Shown: positions 41,565-50,113 of the stretch, piece after piece
Numbering within the stretch: the first letter of the stretch is position 1
Layout of the letters: every line of letters starts with the position of its first letter
From: Parcubacteria group bacterium Gr01-1014_13
Lineage (GTDB): Bacteria > Patescibacteriota > Patescibacteriia > Magasanikbacterales > GWA2-37-8
Assembly: GCA_007376295.1 (NCBI GenBank)
Contig: VMGB01000002.1
Coordinates: 66,844 to 130,843 of the forward strand
Reading direction: 5' to 3'
Length of the DNA stretch: 64,000 nt
Notes under the pieces: generated by a model
What the model was told of the DNA's origin: nothing
Databases searched by the model: none
Seen by the model: only the letters and a program-made list of their open reading frames with translations
Made by a program: the position numbers and the translations under genes

Positions 41565-41670
41565 TAGACCGCAATACCTGCAGAAGTATAGGGTAGAGGC
41601 GAATCCTCGTTTGGAATTTACTCAAAGTAAATATCTGAACGAGGATATTTTTTTTAAATTTTTTAATACA

Positions 41671-42687
41671 CTAGGCTTTGAAGGGTCTGTACTTTTCCGC
41701 TTCCAAGATTATTTTTTTAGCTACCGAGAGAGTGTAGGCTGGCCGTGAACCAAGGGCCGTTTCGTTGCACAACATGATGCCATCGGCTCCGTCCAAGACT
41801 ATGTTAGTAAGATCCAAAATATCCGAACGCAGAGGGATATAGTTATGAATAGTTCCTTCTAAAATTTGGGAGGAAATAATTGCTTGTTTTTTATATTTTT
41901 TAACCGTATTAATCGCTTCTTTTTGAAAAATGCCCAGACGCTCAAAAGGCATATCTAAACCTAATTTACCACGATTTAGTAGTATCAGATCGTAAAAATC
42001 ATCCTGACAAATTTTCTCTAAGTTTTCCATGGCCACGCGGCTTTCAATGCGGCAGATCATTTTTGGCTGCCAGCTAAAATCCGACAGCTGTTTGATTTTT
42101 TCGTTTACAGTAGGGGATATAAATGGTATGGCCAGATATTCCGGGGTTATTTCTTCCAGTCGAGTCAGGATGTTGCGCAACTTGTTGAAGTATTCTTCAT
42201 TTTCGGTATTTTGAGCAATGTGTATACTAAGAGTGGATTGTAAAACGCCTTCGTTTAGAGCGCGAACTTTTACAGTTTCTTTGTTTATTATTTCAGTTAT
42301 TTGTAAGGCAATTTTGCCGTGATCAATAGTGGTAATTTGATTGATATAAACTTGGTTGCCCAGTTCGGCAATATGAACATAGATATTATCATCAGTCATA
42401 GGTTGGTCATGCGAAGCTGACTTTAGAATAATTTCTTCGTTTTCTGATACTTTACGCGGGGTATGCGGGCCAGCAAGGCGAATTTGATTGGAAGGCAGGT
42501 TAACGATAATTTTGGCGGAAGAATTTAGTTCATCAATAACTTTCATACCAACCTTTATACGGTCAATGGTATTTTCGATTGGTCCATAAGAAAAACTGTA
42601 GCGTAGAGCATCGGCTCCAGCGAGGATGATTCTTCTTATCTTATCTTCGGAGAAGTTGTTTAGACCGACCGAGGCAATAATGAACAT
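41671..42687 (-). CDS. Pyruvate-kinase-fold protein with a degenerate active site
   Basis: PK barrel and lid recognisable (LDGADGIML.NETA.G) but KIE>RIE and RGDLG>RGKLG; no C domain. Confidence 0.8.
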   Translation of the reverse strand: MFIIASVGLNNFSEDKIRRIILAGADALRYSFSYGPIENTIDRIKVGMKVIDELNSSAKIIVNLPSNQIRLAGPHTPRKVSENEEIILKSASHDQPMTDDNIYVHIAELGNQVYINQITTIDHGKIALQITEIINKETVKVRALNEGVLQSTLSIHIAQNTENEEYFNKLRNILTRLEEITPEYLAIPFISPTVNEKIKQLSDFSWQPKMICRIESRVAMENLEKICQDDFYDLILLNRGKLGLDMPFERLGIFQKEAINTVKKYKKQAIISSQILEGTIHNYIPLRSDILDLTNIVLDGADGIMLCNETALGSRPAYTLSVAKKIILEAEKYRPFKA

Positions 42688-42735
42688 ATTAATGTAATTA
42701 TATAAACAAAATACCCCTTGCGGGGTGATTTTGGT

Positions 42736-43410
42736 TTAAGCATTAATTTTTATAGCCGGACCCATAGCTGAGCAAAGGATAACATTTTTTAGGAATGTGC
42801 CTTTGGCTGTGGCTGGCTTAGCCTTTTTCAAAGTTTCCAAGAAGGCGGTAATATTTTCTTTCAGCTTTTCTTCACCAAAGCTTAATTTTCCTACAGCTTG
42901 ATGAACATTGCCGGTATCGTCATTTTTGAAAGTTACTTTACCTTTTTTCAATTCTTCAATCATTTTTTTGATATTTGGTCCGACCGTATCTGTCTTTGGG
43001 TTAGGCATTAAACCTTTTGGTCCCAAAACTTTTGCAATAGAGGCCAGTTTAGGCATCATATCAGGAGTAGTGATGGCAACTTCAAAAGGAATTTTACCAG
43101 TATCTTTAATTTTTTTAATTTCTTCTTCACCGTAAACAAAGTCTGCGCCGGCTTCTTTGGCCTCTTTTTCTTTTTCAGGAGAGACGAAAGCGGCTACGGT
43201 TTTGGTTTTGCCAGTTCCGTGCGGTAATACCACAGTGGCGCGGATTTGCTGTTCAGTCTTTTTGGTGTTAATACCCAAGTTGGCATGAACTTCCACGGTA
43301 GCGTCAAATTTTACGCCAGCTGTTTCGTTTAAAAGTTTTACTGCTTCTTCCAGAGAGTAGGACTTATTTTTGTCTACCTTGGCGCGAAGCGCGTCCATTC
43401 TTTTTGACAT
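42736..43410 (-). CDS. rplA: 50S ribosomal protein L1
   Basis: KFDATVE, LPHGTGK, LGPKGLMPNPK, MGP. Confidence 0.98.
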   Translation of the reverse strand: MSKRMDALRAKVDKNKSYSLEEAVKLLNETAGVKFDATVEVHANLGINTKKTEQQIRATVVLPHGTGKTKTVAAFVSPEKEKEAKEAGADFVYGEEEIKKIKDTGKIPFEVAITTPDMMPKLASIAKVLGPKGLMPNPKTDTVGPNIKKMIEELKKGKVTFKNDDTGNVHQAVGKLSFGEEKLKENITAFLETLKKAKPATAKGTFLKNVILCSAMGPAIKINA

Positions 43411-43425
43411 ATTTTTTAAAATTAT

Positions 43426-43459
43426 GTGGTGCAAACCCTAGGGATGGCCTAGGTCCCAC
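43426..43459 (-). promoter_or_regulatory. Candidate L1-binding autoregulatory leader
   Basis: GUGG-GA-CCUAGG-loop-CCUAGG-GUUUGCA-CCAC asymmetric internal loop, 15 nt before the rplA ATG. Confidence 0.6.
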
Positions 43460-43567
43460 TTATGCTAAGAGTGTAGCTTAAATAGGGGTTTTTGTCAATA
43501 TCGAGGCTAGACAAATTATATTCAAGTATCTATCCTTAATTATAGGTATAATGTAGAAAGGTAAAAA

Positions 43568-43810
43568 ATGCGCGAAATCAGCCTTGTCCTTGGTATTTTG
43601 GTCGCAAGCGTATCTTTCGTTATTATTTACTCCGCAGAGGAAATAGGAATGTTTTTTCTTCTGCCAGTCGCCGGTTCTATATTTACTCTAATAATACTTA
43701 CAACAGTAGGTGATGTGAAAGTTAGTTGGGAAAAGGCTTTTTTTCTTAGTTTTATTGTAATACCTATATTTTTTGCCCTCCTCGTTATAATTGCTCCTTA
43801 TTTTGCATAA
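43568..43810 (+). CDS. Small 3-TM orphan membrane protein
   Basis: Hydrophobic 80 aa; TAGACA-17-TATCCT promoter; hairpin at about 43822-43859. Confidence 0.7.
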   Translation: MREISLVLGILVASVSFVIIYSAEEIGMFFLLPVAGSIFTLIILTTVGDVKVSWEKAFFLSFIVIPIFFALLVIIAPYFA

Positions 43811-43930
43811 GCCTGCCACAGACTCGAGATTGCGTCATAATTGTATGATGGCCTCGGGTATTTTTTTTAAATAAAAAACCATACTTCTGACATCATTTTT
43901 ACACGAAGTCATTATAGTATGGTAGTAGTG

Positions 43931-44911
43931 TTAATTATCCAAGTCAGCTTTGTTAGTTTTTCTTAGTATTCTCCATAAGATTCTACGATCTATCTTGAGC
44001 AGTTTTGCGGCATGGGTTTTGTTGCCATCGGTTAATTTAATGGCCTTAGCGATGAGATGCCGCTTGTATTGCGCTACCGCATCTTTTAGAGACATGCCGT
44101 CTTCAGGTATTTGCATTTGCGTAAGTTTTTCGGTCAATTTAGCTTTGGTGGATGACTCTTTGATAGACGACGGGATATCCATTACGCCGATTTCTTCGCT
44201 CATACTGAGAACCACCATTTGTTCTATGGTATTGCGTAACTCTCGGATATTGCCCGGCCAAGGGTACTCCTTAAGAATCGCAAGCGCATCGTCGCTGATG
44301 CTTTTTGTATAGCAAGCGTTTTCTGCGTTAGCCACCTGTCGGAAATGATCAGCTAAAACGGAAATATCTTCCACCCGTTCCCGCAGAGGCGGCAGGTTTA
44401 GTTCTATCGTGTTGATGCGATAGTACAAATCTTGACGGAATTTTTTTGCTGCTACCAAATGTTTGATATCAGCATTTGTGGCGGAAAGCACGCGAACATC
44501 AATTTTGATGCTTGTGTTTCCTCCCACTCGACGGACTTCTTTATTCTCAATTACTCGTAGGAGCTTTGCTTGTACAGCAGGTGATATTTCTCCAATTTCA
44601 TCGAGGAAGATCGTTCCGCCTTCAGCTTGTTCAAATACACCACGATGCTTAGAGATTGCGCTGGTAAATGAACCTTTTTCGTGGCCAAACAGTTCGCTTT
44701 CGGGGAGTGATGCGGTTAGCGCACCACAGTTAATGGGGATAAAAGGACCCTCAGAGCGTCGGCTTGCAAGATGAATCTTGCGCGCCAGAAGCTCTTTGCC
44801 AGTACCAGTTTCTCCGGTTATAAGGACAGTACATTGGCTTTTGGCTGCTCTGTCGACCTTTTCGTCAAGAGCCGCAATGGCTGGGGAAGTTCCTAGTATT
44901 TCTTTATCCAT
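43931..44911 (-). CDS. sigma54-activator-like AAA+ ATPase with Fis HTH and no sensor domain
   Basis: GETGTGKE, ESELFGHEKGSFTSA, FLDEIGE, FRQDLYYR, WPGNIREL; SD GGAGG. Confidence 0.93.
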   Translation of the reverse strand: MDKEILGTSPAIAALDEKVDRAAKSQCTVLITGETGTGKELLARKIHLASRRSEGPFIPINCGALTASLPESELFGHEKGSFTSAISKHRGVFEQAEGGTIFLDEIGEISPAVQAKLLRVIENKEVRRVGGNTSIKIDVRVLSATNADIKHLVAAKKFRQDLYYRINTIELNLPPLRERVEDISVLADHFRQVANAENACYTKSISDDALAILKEYPWPGNIRELRNTIEQMVVLSMSEEIGVMDIPSSIKESSTKAKLTEKLTQMQIPEDGMSLKDAVAQYKRHLIAKAIKLTDGNKTHAAKLLKIDRRILWRILRKTNKADLDN

Positions 44912-44943
44912 ATTTCCCTCCGCCTTAAGTTTAACCACGAATT

Positions 44944-45882
44944 TTACTTTTTGTCAATCCTACAAAGAGTCTTTAAGGCGGTCAGATCAGTAGCCGAAAG
45001 TTTTTCGTTTGTACCCTGGTTAAGACGGTACATTATAGCTTTTGGATCATCTACATGTTCTAGGCCTAGCGCATGGCCAAATTCGTGGGCCAGAACGCGT
45101 ATCAATTTGTCAGTGCTATCAAATTGGTAAATATCGATTTCTTGTCCATATAGGTCGCTTTTGTATAACCCTTCTTCAAATTCATCGCCGCGCTCTTTAT
45201 TGGTTTGATTAAATTCTCCGGCATCAATATTCAAAGATTCTGCCAGACGATTCAAAACAGTGATCATGGCATTGATGTTATCTACATCGGCATTAAGACT
45301 GTCTTGCAATTGGTTTATTTGCGCTAATTCAGCGTTGAGCGCCTCTTTTTCTTCATTTAGCTCTGCATATGCTTTGGGGGTGGCGCCACCACGCTTATTC
45401 CAGTAAGTCACTTTGGCCTCATATTCATCTTTATGTTTTTCAAATATGGCAACTTGTGATTTAAATGAAGCCATTTTTTGGCTGTAGGCCAATTGCATGA
45501 CTTTGAGTTTGGACTTTAATGCGTCATAGGAGGCTCGGTCGTCATTTATAGTTAAACCAAGTTTGCGCATTTTTATTGTCGCCTCCTGACGATAATCATA
45601 AATCAAATTTATTTTTAAATTACCATCGGGTTTATTGGTAAATAATTCTTTGCCGATAGGTTTTTCCCAAACTTGTTCAGCTTTGGCCAGAGCATTTGTA
45701 AATTGGTCTTTTGATATACCAAACTTGGTATCAAAAGAGCCGAGGCTGTAGCCGATAGGTTGCGTACAGGGAAGGTAAGAGTTATATAGCTGATTCCACA
45801 AATTTAAAAGCGGGGTACGAAAAAAATAAGCTGTGGCGCCCAGGATTATAAAAGAAAGAAGTATTTTAAAGGCCTTATACAT
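44944..45882 (-). CDS. Matrixin-like (metzincin) metalloprotease with a coiled-coil insert
   Basis: N-terminal anchor; HEFGHALGLEH and Met-turn AIM. Confidence 0.88.
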   Translation of the reverse strand: MYKAFKILLSFIILGATAYFFRTPLLNLWNQLYNSYLPCTQPIGYSLGSFDTKFGISKDQFTNALAKAEQVWEKPIGKELFTNKPDGNLKINLIYDYRQEATIKMRKLGLTINDDRASYDALKSKLKVMQLAYSQKMASFKSQVAIFEKHKDEYEAKVTYWNKRGGATPKAYAELNEEKEALNAELAQINQLQDSLNADVDNINAMITVLNRLAESLNIDAGEFNQTNKERGDEFEEGLYKSDLYGQEIDIYQFDSTDKLIRVLAHEFGHALGLEHVDDPKAIMYRLNQGTNEKLSATDLTALKTLCRIDKK

Positions 45883-45899
45883 AGCCCTTAGTTTTTAAA

Positions 45900-46022
45900 T
45901 TATTTCCTTTTTTTGGGAGCTCTTGTTTCAAGCATGCGTCTTTTAATTTCTAGTCGTTTCTTGGTTTTAGGCGAATGCTTTGATTTAGTTTTTTTACGAA
46001 GGCCGGTTCGTCTTTTTGCCAT
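45900..46022 (-). CDS. Very basic 40-aa protein (not in ORF track)
   Basis: MAKRRTGLRKKTKSKHSPKTKKRLEIKRRMLETRAPKKRK*. Confidence 0.6.
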   Translation of the reverse strand: MAKRRTGLRKKTKSKHSPKTKKRLEIKRRMLETRAPKKRK

Positions 46023-46084
46023 ATACTATGTAGTTAAGATTAAGTTAAATATATTTTATCACACATTGTTTAATCTAACCTAAT

Positions 46085-46102
46085 ATAATTTCATGAAATT
46101 AT
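46085..46102. promoter_or_regulatory. Perfect 18-bp palindrome, candidate operator
   Basis: ATAATTTCATGAAATTAT overlaps a TTGATA-17-TAGGTT promoter on the minus strand. Confidence 0.45.
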
Positions 46103-46161
46103 CAAAGCCCAAACAAACAAGACGCCCGCCTCTTTTTTGGCGGGCGTCTCTGGTAGCTTAT

Positions 46162-46371
46162 TTAAAGAGTAGGAGCAGGAGAAGGTTGTGGGGTAGGGAC
46201 ATTGTTGATATCAATGGTAGTACCTTGCTCTGCTGGGGTAATCTCGCTGGTTTGCAGCATTGGTAGAGCGTAAACAAAGAAAGCGATAGCTAATCCGACC
46301 AAAATTATGATAGCCACAATCGCCACAACGTTTCCGTCATCTGTAGTTTCGTGTGCAATATTAGTTGCCAT
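46162..46371 (-). CDS. Small single-TM protein with a Pro-rich tail
   Basis: 69 aa; terminator at 46121-46149. Confidence 0.75.
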   Translation of the reverse strand: MATNIAHETTDDGNVVAIVAIIILVGLAIAFFVYALPMLQTSEITPAEQGTTIDINNVPTPQPSPAPTL

Positions 46372-46413
46372 ATGAATAAATATTAATCGTGAATAAATTC
46401 TATCCTTTTCAAT

Positions 46414-46566
46414 TTATAATACCGGTTTTTCACCTTTAATTATTCTTACTAGTACTATGATAATAGCAATTACCAAGAGTATATGAATGAATCCTCCCAG
46501 TGTATAAGAAGTTACTAGTCCAAGTAGCCAGAGTACGATTAAGATCACTGCAATTGTCCATAACAT
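46414..46566 (-). CDS. lmo0937-family small membrane protein (not in ORF track)
   Basis: MLWTIAVILIVLWLLGLVTSYTLGGFIHILLVIAIIIVLVRIIKGEKPVL*. Confidence 0.9.
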   Translation of the reverse strand: MLWTIAVILIVLWLLGLVTSYTLGGFIHILLVIAIIIVLVRIIKGEKPVL

Positions 46567-46625
46567 ATGTTTTCTATTAGTAGATTAAATTCAGTACAAG
46601 CAGTTTTATTTTTTTGTTTTACTAA

Positions 46626-46769
46626 CTAAGAAGAGATCTCTTCTTCCTCTTCGTCTTCTTCCATTGCTTCTTTGGCCGCTTCACGCCCTTTTTGTTCAGC
46701 CATCTCTTTTGTGTCTTCTGTGCCTTCATCTAAATTTTCATCATCTTGATTAGGGTCTGTTATTTTCAT
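46626..46769 (-). CDS. Small acidic 47-aa protein (not in ORF track)
   Basis: MKITDPNQDDENLDEGTEDTKEMAEQKGREAAKEAMEEDEEEEEISS*. Confidence 0.65.
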   Translation of the reverse strand: MKITDPNQDDENLDEGTEDTKEMAEQKGREAAKEAMEEDEEEEEISS

Positions 46770-46804
46770 ATAGATATTTTAAATGAATAAACTTACTTAA
46801 AAAT

Positions 46805-47149
46805 TTATCTATTTTTTTCTTTTTCCTCTTCTTTAGCGGCCAAGTATTCTCTTTCCATCTCATACCACTTGGCTTGCAATGTGGTTATAAGTTTTCTTTT
46901 AGCATCACTAGCTAATTTTTTTTGTTCAGCGTATTTGTCTACTATAGTAGTAACTAAATTATCAAAAGTTTCTTTAGTTACATCCTGTAGGTTGTTGAGT
47001 TCTTTTTTTAAGTTTTTGACGAGAGTCTTAAGATCTTTTTGTAATTCGTCGGTCAATTCTCTTCCTCCTTTCGTCATGGCAAATCCCAGTGTTGCCATAG
47101 CTGCCAGAAGTCCACCCAGTATAAGTCCTTTTTTGAATGTATTTTCCAT
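46805..47149 (-). CDS. YtxH-like protein
   Basis: FKKGLILGGLLAA...G.ELTDEL N-terminal pattern, then helical. Confidence 0.7.
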   Translation of the reverse strand: MENTFKKGLILGGLLAAMATLGFAMTKGGRELTDELQKDLKTLVKNLKKELNNLQDVTKETFDNLVTTIVDKYAEQKKLASDAKRKLITTLQAKWYEMEREYLAAKEEEKEKNR

Positions 47150-47267
47150 ATACAGAAGTTAATAATAAATAGCTTGTTAGGGAAGAAGTGGCAGTAAGTG
47201 TATCCCTCCTCGCATATTTATTTTCTTACATATGGTTAGGGTTAAAAATTATTAAGCAACGTTTGCT

Positions 47268-47816
47268 TTAACTTTGTTCAAGCATTCTTTTTATGGCTTC
47301 TTTTTTTTCTTCCGGAACAACATAAGGTTTCAGGCCTTGCGATGTCTGATTAAGATCAATGTATTGTAATTCGCTTCCAAGCCAGAGCTTGTATTCCCAG
47401 TTAGGAGCCAGTTCAGCAGTCGAAGAGTTTGTCTGCCAAAGTATTAATTTTGATCCGTCTAAAAAGCTAAAGATATAAATAGAGGGTCGGCCGCTAGGGT
47501 TATCTATAGTTTTTTTGCCAGCGGGAAATGTATAAATAACCCTGTTGTCTTTTATTGATTTTAATTCACCAGTGTTTATGTCGTAGTCATAATCATAGGC
47601 CATCACCGGGGTGCCTGTTTCCATATAAGCCCCAGCCGGCATAGATGCGGAGGATGGAGTGTTGAAATCGGAATTTTTTGATGGATCGTAGGAATTCTGT
47701 ATTACATAAACTGCGCCTAGAACTAATAAAGAAACACCCAACACAACAGAGGCCGACAAGAGCAGAGCGTGTTTGGTGATATGGTGCTGGTGATGTTGAG
47801 GCAAAATTAATTGCAT
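47268..47816 (-). CDS. Membrane-anchored hypothetical protein
   Basis: His-rich N-terminus, one TM helix, polar extracellular part. Confidence 0.75.
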   Translation of the reverse strand: MQLILPQHHQHHITKHALLLSASVVLGVSLLVLGAVYVIQNSYDPSKNSDFNTPSSASMPAGAYMETGTPVMAYDYDYDINTGELKSIKDNRVIYTFPAGKKTIDNPSGRPSIYIFSFLDGSKLILWQTNSSTAELAPNWEYKLWLGSELQYIDLNQTSQGLKPYVVPEEKKEAIKRMLEQS

Positions 47817-47841
47817 ATGTTTATAATTACTAGGGGTGAAT

Positions 47842-47867
47842 TAAATCAGAAACTTGTTTCTGATTTA
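47842..47867. promoter_or_regulatory. Perfect 12-2-12 inverted repeat (operator or hairpin)
   Basis: TAAATCAGAAAC-TT-GTTTCTGATTTA. Confidence 0.5.
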
Positions 47868-47895
47868 TGAGGCCTGACTTAATTTCAAGCTTCGC

Positions 47896-48225
47896 TTATT
47901 TAATTTTTTTATAGATTCCAATTGTCTTGATAACCGATTGAGCGAAAGAGCCGGTATGTTTAAGTTTGCAATAGATTCTTTTTCCGTCTCGTTCTTTGTG
48001 TACGAGATGGGTATGTTCCAAAATTTTAATATGTCGCGACATTAATGGTATGGAAATGTCTAGAATTTTCGCTAAGGTGCTAACCGAGATTTTGTGGTGC
48101 TCGGTAAGAATACGAAAGATTCTATAACGGGTAACATCACCCAGCGCTTTAAATGTCGCGGCCACGTGTTTGTCTACTTCGCTAAGCCGTTTACGGTTTC
48201 GCAGAACCTCCTTGTTGCTAAGCAT
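47896..48225 (-). CDS. ArsR/SmtB family transcriptional regulator
   Basis: FKALGDVTRYRI...VSTLA...SRHIKILE...LV...R.GK. Confidence 0.9.
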   Translation of the reverse strand: MLSNKEVLRNRKRLSEVDKHVAATFKALGDVTRYRIFRILTEHHKISVSTLAKILDISIPLMSRHIKILEHTHLVHKERDGKRIYCKLKHTGSFAQSVIKTIGIYKKIK

Positions 48226-48249
48226 ATAATTGTAAGTATAGTTAGTTAA

Positions 48250-48398
48250 TTAAATGTTTAATTGTTTAATCATTTAAGTATATACCCATCTAGAAAAATT
48301 TGTCAATAGGGCAAAGGGGGAGTAGCTACTTAAGTAAAGTGTAAGCTTGACAAATTAATTATGTTAGGAATAGTATATGTTAAACAGTTAAACAAATA
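48250..48398. promoter_or_regulatory. Divergent promoters, each overlapped by an ArsR-type operator
   Basis: TTGACA boxes at 48306-48301(-) and 48347-48352(+); ATG(A)TTAAACA(A/G)TTAAACA at both start regions. Confidence 0.6.
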
Positions 48399-48421
48399 TT
48401 AAATTAACATCATAACTCCTT

Positions 48422-49084
48422 ATGAAAATACTTGTTGTTGAGGATGAAAAAAAATTAAATAAAGGACTGGTAGAAGGTTTGCAAAAACAAGGTTATGCGG
48501 TCGATTTTGCGTTTGACGGTGAAGAAGGGGAAAGGTTGGCGCTGTGGAATGAGTACGATTTTATTGTTTTAGATATCATGCTGCCCAAGAAAGATGGGCT
48601 AGAGGTGTGTAGTAACTTACGCAATAAGGGAAAAACAACCCCGATTTTGTTTTTAACGGCTAAAGATACGACAGAAGATACGGTAAATGGTTTAAATCAT
48701 GGAGCAGACGATTATCTAATTAAGCCTTTTTCTTTTGAAGAATTAACCGCGCGTATTCGCGCGTTGTTGCGCCGACCCCCACTTTTGGTAAGTGATTTGT
48801 TAGAGGTAGATGGTTTGCGCCTGGATACTCGTTCTCAAGTGCTTACTGCTAATAATCAAGTAGTAGAACTAACGCTGCATGAATATGGCCTTTTGGAATA
48901 TTTGTTACGTAATAAGGGGGCGGTAAAAACTCGTGATGAAATTTTGGAGCATGTATGGGACCGTTTCTTTGATTCATTTAGCAATGTGGTTGATGTGCAT
49001 GTAAAAAATTTACGTAAAAAATTGCCTAAGGTATATGCAAAACGTATTCAAACAGTTTGGGGAAAGGGCTATAGGCTCGTTTAA
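48422..49084 (+). CDS. OmpR/PhoB-family response regulator
   Basis: VVEDE, LDIMLP, LTAK, GADDYLIKPF, winged helix TVWGKGY. Confidence 0.96.
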   Translation: MKILVVEDEKKLNKGLVEGLQKQGYAVDFAFDGEEGERLALWNEYDFIVLDIMLPKKDGLEVCSNLRNKGKTTPILFLTAKDTTEDTVNGLNHGADDYLIKPFSFEELTARIRALLRRPPLLVSDLLEVDGLRLDTRSQVLTANNQVVELTLHEYGLLEYLLRNKGAVKTRDEILEHVWDRFFDSFSNVVDVHVKNLRKKLPKVYAKRIQTVWGKGYRLV

Positions 49085-50072
49085 CTCCAGATTTAAATTT
49101 TCTTTGTGGGAGTTAACTGCTTTATACGCGGCCATATTAATAGTCATTCTTTTTTTATCTAGCAGTATCATTTACGGTGCCTTTTCTAACCGATTAGAGT
49201 ATAGGTTTAATCAGGCGACTTCGCCTTCCTTTTCAAATTTTCTTCCGTTTCCTCCAACGGTTCAAGATGTACAGGGTGATTTGGTTAGGTCGCTAGTGTG
49301 GGTAAATATTATTCTGCTCGTTGCGGCTGGTGTGGCTAGTTACTGGTTGGCTAGAGCAACATTTAAGCCGCTACAGGAGATGCATGAAGGGCAAAGAAAG
49401 TTTTTTGGGGATGCGTCACACGAATTGCGCACACCTCTTAGTATATTGCGTCTTGATTTAGAAAATCAGTTAGCTGATAAAACTTTAAGCGCCCCCATAC
49501 GTGAACGTATTGTCAGTAATCTGGAAGAGGTAGACCGTATGGGGAAATTAGTAAATGGCTTGCTTGCGCTGGCTCGATTTGATGAGCTGTATAGTGCAAA
49601 ACAGAAAAATTTTATTCCAGTCAGCCTAATACCTCTTACACAGCACGCCGTAGAGCGTCTGCAGGTGCTAGCAAAAGAACAGCAAGTAGATTTAGTTTTT
49701 AATTTGCTTACCAAAGAAAAATTAATAATTTTATCTAACGAAGAAGTATTGCTGCAAACTATTACGAATATAATTAAAAATGGCATTATGTATAACCGAC
49801 CTGGCGGAAAAGTGATTGTTACTATACATAACGACAAGCGTCACGCGTTTATTACCATTGTTGATACGGGTGTAGGTATATCTAAACAGGACTTGGACAA
49901 AATATTTGACAGATTTTATCGGGCGGACAAAAGCCGCTCCAGTGAAACAGGGGGTAGCGGTTTAGGTCTTGCTATTGTCCGGTCTTCTATGAATTATTTG
50001 GATGGTACCGTAAAAATTGAAAGTGAAGTTGAGAAAGGTACGAGTATAGTCCTGGAATTTTCTTTGAAATAA
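49035..50072 (+). CDS. Sensor histidine kinase
   Basis: Two TM helices, DASHELRTPL, NIIKNG, DTGVG, FYRAD, GSGLGL; exact start uncertain. Confidence 0.95.
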   Translation: MQNVFKQFGERAIGSFNSRFKFSLWELTALYAAILIVILFLSSSIIYGAFSNRLEYRFNQATSPSFSNFLPFPPTVQDVQGDLVRSLVWVNIILLVAAGVASYWLARATFKPLQEMHEGQRKFFGDASHELRTPLSILRLDLENQLADKTLSAPIRERIVSNLEEVDRMGKLVNGLLALARFDELYSAKQKNFIPVSLIPLTQHAVERLQVLAKEQQVDLVFNLLTKEKLIILSNEEVLLQTITNIIKNGIMYNRPGGKVIVTIHNDKRHAFITIVDTGVGISKQDLDKIFDRFYRADKSRSSETGGSGLGLAIVRSSMNYLDGTVKIESEVEKGTSIVLEFSLK

Positions 50073-50107
50073 TCTTCATAATTTCTTCACCGTGCTTCTG
50101 TTAACAT
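50073..50107 (+). promoter_or_regulatory. Candidate response-regulator box and extended -10
   Basis: TCTTCA at 50073 and 50084 (11-bp period), then TG-T-TAACAT; no -35. Confidence 0.55.
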
Positions 50108-50113
50108 AAAACT

